NCBI GenBank assembly: GCA_951406725.2
Contig: OX597828.1
Coordinates: 45,818,001-45,882,000, forward strand
Reading direction: 5' to 3'
Origin: Octopus vulgaris
Taxonomy: Eukaryota
DNA: 64,000 nt
Shown here: positions 55,106 through 64,000 of the stretch, piece by piece
Position numbering within the stretch: position 1 is the stretch's first letter
Layout: each line of letters starts with the position of its first letter
Translations under genes and position numbers: made by a program
The notes under the pieces: generated by a model
The model's input: only the letters and a program-made list of their open reading frames with translations
Database searches by the model: none
Told to the model about the DNA's origin: nothing

Positions 55106-55673
55106 AAGGCAGCGAGCTGGTAGAAACGTTAGCACGCCGGGCGAAATGCTTAGCGGTATTTCGTCTGCCGTTACGTTCTGAATTCAAATTCCGCCGAGGT
55201 CGACTTTACCTTTCATCCTTTTCGGGGTCGATTAAATAAGTACCAGTTACGCACTGGGGTCGATATAATCGACTTAATCCGTTTGTCTGCCCTTGTTTGC
55301 CCTCTCTGTTTGGCCCATTGTGGGTAGTAACGAAATAGGTATTTCGTCTGCCGCTACGTTCTGAGTTCAAATTCCGCCGAAGTCGACTTTGCCTTTCATC
55401 CTTTCGGGGTCGATTAAATAAGTACCAGTTACGCACTAGGGTCGATATAATCGACTTAATCCGTTTGTCTGTCCTTGTTTGTCCCCTTCTGTGTTTGGCC
55501 CCTTGTGGGTAGTAAAGAAATAGGTATTTTGTCTGTCTTTATGTACTGTGTTCGAATTCCGCCGAGGTCGACTTACATGGTCGATAAATTAAGTAACAGT
55601 TGCATACTGGGGTCGATTTAATCAACTGGCACCCTTCCCTAAAATTTCGGGCCTTGTGCCTAGAGTAGAAAAG
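55106..55673 (+). mobile_element. SINE family B with three tandem internal units and an 18-bp TSD
   Basis: Units start at 55155, 55338 and 55523; TSD attatgtgtct(c/t)gcttgt at 55088-55105 and 55674-55691. Confidence 0.92.
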
Positions 55674-55944
55674 ATTATGTGTCTTGCTTGTCTTTTGCAG
55701 AATGTCAGTATTTGGATGTATGCATGCATAATGTACACAAACATGGAAGGGTCAGGAAATGACAGTAAATACAGCGAATGGCTGCATGGGTAGAGTGTGC
55801 GGTAAAAATACGATGTGGTGTTGAGTTTCGTACCTTAAAAAACCAAGTTTAAATCCAGACGAGATTGAAACTGCCCGTCACCCCTCCGGTGGGTGAATGA
55901 AATGAAATACTAGTCAAATACCGTTAACCGATTCTCTTGGATGT

Positions 55945-56329
55945 ATCTCTCTTTCTCTTTTCTCTTTTACTAGTTTCAGTCATTTGAGTGCGGCCATGCT
56001 GGAGCACCGCCTTTTAGTTGAGCAAATCGAACCCGGGACTTATTCTTGCCGAACCGCTAAGTGACGGGGACGTAAACACACCAGCATCGGTTGTCAAGCA
56101 ATGCTAGGGGGACAAACACAGACACACAAACATATGCACAGACATACTTATATATAAACATATATACGACAGGCTTCTTTCAGTTTCCGCCTACCAAATC
56201 CACTCACAAGGCATTGGTCGACCCGAGGCTATAGTAGAAGACACTTGCTCAAAATGCCACGCAGTGGGACTGAACCCGGAACCATGTGGTTTGTAAGCAA
56301 GCTACTTACCACACAGCCACTCCTGCGCC
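55945..56329 (-). mobile_element. SINE family A with internal deletion
   Basis: Matches family A except for ~30 bp missing after gggacttattct. Confidence 0.9.
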
Positions 56330-56733
56330 TATATCTATAAGAATTAGTCTAGATTTTAAAAAAAAGGTATATTTGTATATTTAGGTCAATGCAGGGGTAA
56401 CACACGCACGCACAGACAGAAATCCACAGAGGGCCATACACACAAAAACACTAACACACAGGCAGCAGAATCACATATACATGAAATAAAATAAATGCTC
56501 ACACACCCACAGACATAAGGTATCTTTAAATGAACCGAAATTAGGCGACGCATGGATGAAAATCGTATCTAGATTAGATATATTAAACGTTACTACATGG
56601 GTGTGTATACAGACGCTGGATTTTGTTTACATATTCATACATGTATGTATACATATGAGTATTTGTTCATATGTAGTACTAACATTAATACTAGTAATAT
56701 TAATGTACAAATATGCTACACCCACCACAAGTG

Positions 56734-56895
<162 letters not shown>

Positions 56896-57404
56896 CACAC
56901 ACACATATATATATATATACATATATACACATATATATATATATGTATATGTATATATGTATATGTATGTGTATATGTATATATGTTTGTATATATTTAT
57001 ATGTAGTTGCGATGTGTAGCGTCTGTGTGTTCCTACTCCTACCTTTGCCTAGTCGTTGGCAGTCTTCCAGCACATGCACACGGGTTTTTTACTGCCTCTA
57101 GAGAAATAACAAGAAAAACATACACACACACATACATACATATATATATACCTACACGTACGCAAACGCAAGCACACACACATGCAGACGAATATATCCA
57201 CACACATACGTATATAGAAAGATATACATAGAAGCATATGCCAATACATTGCACAATCGCACTGATATTTACTCATAATCGCAAACCTGTCTTTCTCTCT
57301 CTCTCTCTCACACACACTTACACACACTCACACATCTATCTGTCTATCTGCCCGTCTATCTATCAATATATATATATATATATATGCATATATATATTGC
57401 AAAA

Positions 57405-57620
57405 TGTAACCACAAGTGGGTCGTTGGCGGTCATTTTCCTCCGTCTTCCTTTTCTCTTGGACTTTCCTCTGTCTCCTGTTTCTGAAGAAGAGCATTTGCT
57501 CGAAACGCCAAACCACCTTTATTTCCTTCCCTGAGCATCTGCTAATCCTTTGTATGTACCACGTTCTCGCGTTGTTGTTTTTTTTTTCTTGTGTTTTTCC
57601 TTCTTTTTTTGATTAACTAT
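57405..57620 (+). mobile_element. ~200-bp HHR-bearing non-coding element in (TA)n (inverted relative at 58990-59185)
   Basis: Shared blocks cgttggcg, cctgagc, ccacgt.ctcgcgttgttgt and gattaactata. Confidence 0.8.
57478..57513 (+). ncRNA. Minimal HHR motif with mutated cleavage triplet (GCC)
   Basis: GUUU CUGAAGA A GAGC-AUUU-GCUC GAAAC GCC AAAC. Confidence 0.6.
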
Positions 57621-57715
57621 ATATACATATTTCTATATTGAAGAGATGAGGAATTACGTACATTATTTACACTATTTACAATTGACCGATATTTCTCCTA
57701 ATCTTGTTTGTTGTT

Positions 57716-57761
57716 AACACAACGTTTCGGCTGATATAAACCCCAGCCTTCATCAGGTGTC
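57716..57761 (-). ncRNA. Minimal type I HHR motif (inverted arm of SINE D)
   Basis: Minus strand: GACAC CUGAUGA A GGCUG-GGGUUUAUAU-CAGCC GAAAC GUU GUGUU. Confidence 0.75.
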
Positions 57762-57826
57762 TTGGGGGAAATTTCGAACCTGGGTTCTTATTCCTAAGGT
57801 ACTTAAACTCTACGCCATATGCCCGT

Positions 57827-58194
<368 letters not shown>

Positions 58195-58261
58195 TTATAT
58201 ATGTATGTATGTATGTATGTATATATTTTATCTTTTGTTTCAGACATGAGATTGAGGATCA

Positions 58262-58638
58262 ACACAGAGAGGAAAAACAAGGACAGACAAACGGATTAAG
58301 TCGATTATATCGACCACAGTGCGTAACTGGTACTTATTTAATCGACTCCGAAAGGATAAAAGGTAAAGTCGATCTCGGCGGAATTTGAACTCAGAACGTA
58401 GCAGCAGACGAAATACCGCTAAGCATTTCGCCCGGCTAGCTAACGTTTCTTCCAGCTGGCTGCCTTACAAGCGAGACACATAATGGATTACTTCTATCGA
58501 ATCTGAAACAGTAAAACTTCTTCAAATTTAGATATCATCCAGAAACGAGCCAGCCACAAGACTTGTATAAAATCACTCAGAAGTACTATCCAGCCTCTAG
58601 TCTGCAAGCAAGCTATCTTCTCCTTCACTCTCTTTCTT
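58262..58638 (-). repeat. Inverted duplicate of 54925-55300 (flank plus SINE B 5' part)
   Basis: Same ~175-bp flank and same flank/SINE junction (ctcgcttgt|aaggcagc). Confidence 0.88.
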
Positions 58639-58922
58639 AAACAGTGAATATGCCGCTCCCTGATAGATGGCCATTTCTATCTATCTTCAATTTGTTTCAG
58701 TCATTAGATTGCGGTCATGCCGAGGCGCCACCTTAAAGGGTTTAACGAAAGAAATCTACTGTGGTACTTCTTTGTTAACCGTGATGCTAATTCTCTCGAG
58801 CCCTTTTGTCGAATCGCTAAGTAACGACGATGTAAAAAACTAACACCAGTTCTCAGACGGTGGTTGAGGAGGAGCATGATATAAACACACGTATGTACGA
58901 GTATACATACATAGATTGTGTG

Positions 58923-58989
<67 letters not shown>

Positions 58990-59079
58990 AGTTAATCCAA
59001 ACAAGAAAGCACAAAAAACACAACAACGCGAGGACGTGGAACAAATATAGTATTATTGGACGCTCAGGAAAGAAGGAGG

Positions 59080-59114
59080 GTCTAACGTTTCGAGCGGAGC
59101 TCTTCGTCGGAAAC
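59080..59114 (-). ncRNA. Minimal HHR motif with U4C core change
   Basis: Minus strand: GUUU CCGACGA A GAGC-UCC-GCUC GAAAC GUU AGAC. Confidence 0.6.
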
Positions 59115-59692
59115 ATAGGAGAAGGAAAGATCGAGAAGGGAAGACAGAGGAAAGAAAATCGCCAACGGTACACACGAGGTCACGAGTATCATATATATAT
59201 ATATATATGAGTATCATATATATGTGTAAATGTGTGTGCGTGTGTGTGTGTTGTGTGTGTATGTGTGTGTGCATACGCATGTTTACATACGTGAGTTTCT
59301 TTCAAATTTCGTTTCGCAAATCCACTCAGAATCTGTGGTCGTCCCGAGGCTATAATAAAAGAGACATTCCTAACATGCCACACAGATCGGCTCCATCCAA
59401 GAACATATGTTTGGGAAAGAACCTTCTTAACCACATAGAAATATGAACATACTGCTGATCCATTGCTACAATGAATGTCCTGTACACTGAAAGCTTGACG
59501 CCATCACGTGTTTAGTCAGATGAATGAAAATCGTCCGTTTCCCGCAGAAAGATGAACAGCTGAATGTATTAGTTTTTAAAGTATAAAGTCAGCTAATGAA
59601 ATCTCGATGTGCAAATGACGAAACATATTTCGATATATTTTCGAATATATTTACTAATAAATCGTCATAGATTTTATGCTTTAAGAAGTTTC

Positions 59693-59925
59693 TTATTTCT
59701 TTATTGCCCACAATGGGCTAAACATAGGGGGGACAAACAAGGGCGGACAAAGGGATTAAGTCGAGGACATCGACACCAGTGCGTAACTGGTACTTTGTTT
59801 ATCGACTCCAAAAGGACGAAAGGTGAAGTCGACCTCGGCGGAATTTGAACTCAGAACGTAACGGCAGACGAAATACCGCTAAGCATTTCGCCCGTCGTGC
59901 TAACGTTTCTGCCAGCACACCGCTT
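59693..59925 (-). mobile_element. SINE family B
   Basis: Reverse complement of head and body. Confidence 0.88.
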
Positions 59926-60786
59926 TAAGAAGTTTCTGTTCCTCAATAAACATACATAGTCTGCTTTATATAGTTAGTATACTTATTTATAAACACTCAC
60001 CACTGTGTACCTACTACCTACCTACTTACCAACATATACCGACCTACCTACATACATACATGTATACATTCATGCACCTATATGCATCAAAATATAGATA
60101 CATATACATAAATATACATATGCCTGTTTGTCTTTTTCTCTGCGTGTGTTACTTTGTGTGTATGCGTGTATGTGTGTATGTGTGTGTGTTTGTGTGTGTG
60201 AGAGAGAGAGAGAGAGCGTGTGTGTGTGTGTGTGTGTATGTCTGTGTGTGCGTCTGTGCATAAATACATTCTGAAACATTTGTCATCCTAAACAAACCTT
60301 AATGTTTTCTGGGGTTTTCTTTTTTCTGTCCCTGGTTACAAAGGAGCAAATCATCATTGTCACCACTATCATCATCATTATATTTATCATCATCATCATC
60401 ATCATCATCGTTATCATCATCGTTATCATCAACGTCCTCGTTTTCTTTATCTTCGTTGCAATCGTCATATTAACATCATCATTATCATATGCAACAGCAA
60501 CAATTGTAGCAGAAACAGCAACAGTAGTTGTGGTAGCAGTAGTAGCAATAGTAGTAGTAGTAGTAGTAGTAGTTGTTGTTGTTGTTGTTGTTGTTGCTCT
60601 TGTTGTTGTAGTAGTCGCAGTAGTAGGTAATGTGGCTCTGACGAAACTAGGTGCAATATTATGGGAATAAAATAGACTTAGGTGATGAAACCCTATAATT
60701 ATCAGCTACAGTTGATCTAAAGACTTTGAAATATCCTACGGCAGACTGAGAAAAAAAAAGGTTTAACCTCGTCTAAAAAGAAATAG

Positions 60787-60837
<51 letters not shown>

Positions 60838-61057
60838 GCGAATGCATAAAAAATATCATCTAAACACTACATAACAGGAAATACATTGCTAACACAACAA
60901 TAGAAAATAGAAAACACAACAGCAACAACAACAACAACAACAGCAGCAGCAGCAACAGCAGCAACAGCAACAACAACGACAGCAGCTGCAGCACCACCAC
61001 CACTCCCACTGCTGCCACTGCTATCATAGCAATACAATACCAACAACAACTATAATG

Positions 61058-61175
<118 letters not shown>

Positions 61176-61192
61176 TAATAATAATAATAATC

Positions 61193-61250
<58 letters not shown>

Positions 61251-61732
61251 TGATGATGATGATGATGATGATATTAATTATAATAGTAATTACGAGTTAA
61301 TAGAAATAACCCGAATAACCTTCTCTCTGAAAGGTCTCTTACAGGATCAAAAGTCTACCTTTTTGTTGATTATTTATTTTGCTTTTTGTTTTGCATTTCT
61401 TAATGATATACAAAGCATTCATGTAAGTTGAGAACTTGCTAGAAAAACGGCCTTACATATTAAACTAGACAAAAACAGACCAAATCTACCATTATATCTG
61501 CATAACAGGATTAGTACTGTATAATAAATGTGCGTTTAAACAGATTTGAGAAGGCCTTCTATTTTCCTTTGTTTGTTTCTGTTTAAGTATTTCGGTCTAT
61601 TTGCGTTTTTTAATAGTTACAGATACTTTTCTTGTTTTTTTTTTCTTCTGATTTTGTTATTGTTCTGTCATATTGGAAGAAAAATCTTGAATGTCTTTAG
61701 ATTATATAATATTAAAAAGTATATACATACGT

Positions 61733-61965
61733 GGGGAGGCGCAATGGCCTAGTGGTTAGGGCAGCGGACTCGCGGTCGCAGGATCGCGGTTTATTGAGCG
61801 AAAACACCTAAAAGCTCCACGAGGCTTTCACCACTCTTTCTCCCACTCTTTCTTCTGTTGGCCTGCTCGCTTAGCCAGCGGGCTGGCGTCATGTGAAGGC
61901 TAAAACATTGTGACCAGCGATGTGTAACAACAGCTGATGGTCTGGTCGGTCCCGTGATCCCGTGA
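61733..61965 (+). mobile_element. SINE family C (tail type 2), internally deleted
   Basis: ggaggcgcaatggcctagtggttagggcagcggactcgcgg...gtctggtcggtcccgtga. Confidence 0.85.
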
Positions 61966-62104
61966 TATACATACGTACACACACATACATATAATCAATT
62001 AAGGAAACACCATGGAATTGGTATAACTCTTTATTTTGTACGGCAGTCGTTTCGACCCATCATGCAACTGTACTTTGTAGGTAACCCAGACTACAAGATC
62101 GATG

Positions 62105-62520
62105 CAACATACATAATAATTAAGGGGATTGCAATCTGGAGAGTTAGGTGACCAGATGTTAGGGGTGATGTGGTCACAGAAATTGTCTGACAACCATGGT
62201 AGGGTTCTGCTGCTTGTGTGGCATGGTGCAGAGTCCTATTGCCATACATAGTGTCTCCCAGCAGCCACCTTCTTGGCCCAGGGCAGAACTACCTCCTCCA
62301 GGCACTCGATTTAGACCTCCGTGTTGAATGTAAGGTTGTGTGGGAAGATGAATGGCGGTATAATGTCGCCATAGCTAGGGATCACTCGAAACACCATGAC
62401 GTTGACTGGATTTGTGATTGTTATCACACTCGGTACATGGTTTGGAGACACAGCTACCCAACTGTTGTTCTGTGTGTTCACTATCTGATGCTGGCAGAAA
62501 TTTTTCTCATCTGAGGAAAA
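62105..62520 (-). mobile_element. DD37D (maT-type) Tc1/mariner transposase remnant
   Basis: PVNIMVF...PPFIFP...LEEVVLPW...YVWQ*DSAPCH...IWSPNSPDCNPLNYYV. There are 37 residues between the second D and the third catalytic position, which is N here. Confidence 0.85.
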
Positions 62521-62663
62521 ACCAAAGTATGTTCGGTTGGAGGAGATAGTTGAGTTTGTTCCAAAGCTTGGTTGTGCAGTCTTTCCTCTTGCTCTTGATA
62601 ACTTGGAATAAAAATTGGCCCTTCCTCATCTTCTATGAGAAATACCGAATAGTTAGCTAGCTT

Positions 62664-62727
<64 letters not shown>

Positions 62728-63017
62728 CATACATACATACATACATACATACATACATACATACATACATACATACATACATCTAAGTGTTAGTGGACTA
62801 ACAAAATAGAAAGGCACTGAATGCATTTAGTAGGAGTTACATGTATCATTTCAAACAGGTTGATTAATTTCCATACGACTCAAAGTTTCGCAGGCCTATA
62901 ACAGAAGCCTGTGTCTTTCAGACTTTGGATTGCCGAAATGGGATTCTGTTGGACGCCTGATAGCAATTTAAAACCGCATGGAACCTTAAAGCTCGATAAA
63001 AGATATATATATGTATG

Positions 63018-63058
<41 letters not shown>

Positions 63059-63060
63059 CC

Positions 63061-63118
<58 letters not shown>

Positions 63119-63291
63119 AGGATTGAACAAACAGAACACAACAAGGAGAAAAAGTTAGACGAAAGCAGAGCAAACGGGAAACTAGACGAAAATTTAACAG
63201 ACGCGGAATATAGACGAGGACACGATACACAGAATATTCAAAGCTGAGTTTTCCTCGTTAGTCAATGGACACGGAATTTCTTAAACGTGGT

Positions 63292-63532
63292 TTCTTCTTC
63301 TTCCTCTCCTCCTCCTCCTCCTCCTCCTCCTTCTTCTTCTTCTTCTTCTTCTTCTTCTTCTTCTTCTTCTTCTTCTTCTTCTTCTTCTTCTTCTTCTTCT
63401 TCTTCTTCTTCTTCTTCTTCTTCTTCTTCTTCTTCTTCTTCTTCTTCTTCTTCTTCTTCTTCTTCTTCTTCATTTTCTTCATTTTCTTCATTTTCTTCTT
63501 CTTCTTCTTCTTCTTCTTCTTCTTCTTCTTCT

Positions 63533-63579
<47 letters not shown>

Positions 63580-63728
63580 ATTTTCTTCATTTTCTTCTTT
63601 TTCTTCGTCTTCTTCTTCTTCTTCTTCTTCTTCATTTTCTTCATTTTCTTCTTCTTCTTCTTCTTCTTCTTCTTCTTCTTCTTCTTCATTTTCTTCATTT
63701 TCTTCATTTTCTTCTTCTTCTTCTTCTC

Positions 63729-63777
<49 letters not shown>

Positions 63778-63903
63778 ATTTTCTTCATTTTCTTCTTTTT
63801 CTTCGTCTTCTTCTTCTTCTTCTTCTTCATTTTCTTCATTTTCTTCTTTTTCTTCTTCTTCTTCCTCTTCTGCTTCATTTTCTTCATTTTCTTCTTTTCT
63901 TCT

Positions 63904-63935
<32 letters not shown>

Positions 63936-64000
63936 TTCTTCTTTTTCTTCTTCTTCTTCTTCTTCTTCTTCTTCTTCTTCTTCTTCTTCTTCTTCTTCTT
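63292..64000. repeat. (TTC)n/(GAA)n tract over 700 bp, running off the window end
   Basis: Direct inspection; interrupted by ATT, CTC and GTC variant triplets. Confidence 0.97.

Noticed and set aside
55155-55620. CRISPR-like array
   Set aside because: The units are whole ~184-bp SINE bodies without unique spacers, in a eukaryotic context with no cas genes.
59590-59635. CUAAUGA...GAC GAAAC AUAU UUC hammerhead candidate
   Set aside because: G5A core change, mismatched stems II and III, and no stem I.
62873-62925. Minus-strand CUGAAAGA...CAGGC/GCCUG...GAAAC UUUGA GUC candidate
   Set aside because: Extra core nucleotide, mismatched stem II closure and no convincing stem I.
63258-63887. 209-aa poly-Lys ORF
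   Set aside because: Translation of the (GAA)n tract.

Overview
AT-rich eukaryotic intronic or intergenic DNA dominated by microsatellites [(TA)n, (CA)n, (TACA)n, (TAGA)n, (ATT)n, (TTC)n] and decayed transposable elements. The repeat repertoire suggests an octopus (cephalopod) genome; this is inference. No intact host protein-coding gene is supported, and almost all ORFs in the track are microsatellite or SINE translations. Contents: (1) four tRNA-derived SINE families, called A-D here; (2) decayed non-LTR retrotransposons (R4/Dong-like with RT, CCHC and REL domains; RTE; CR1-group); (3) decayed DNA transposons (mariner, Tc1, DD37D/maT, a mariner MITE, Helitron ends). The main unexplained signal is 12 hammerhead ribozyme (HHR) motifs, found by eye on both strands, in about 8 different short non-coding elements. 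Most sit beside (TA)n tracts, and several have inverted or terminally redundant architecture typical of Penelope-like elements or retrozymes. They include a G3-C8 compensatory-core HHR in a ~295-bp palindrome, a tRNA-headed SINE with an HHR tail, and a 564-bp unit with a 230-bp terminal redundancy. Motif coordinates were counted by hand and TE boundaries are approximate. No ribozyme activity has been shown.
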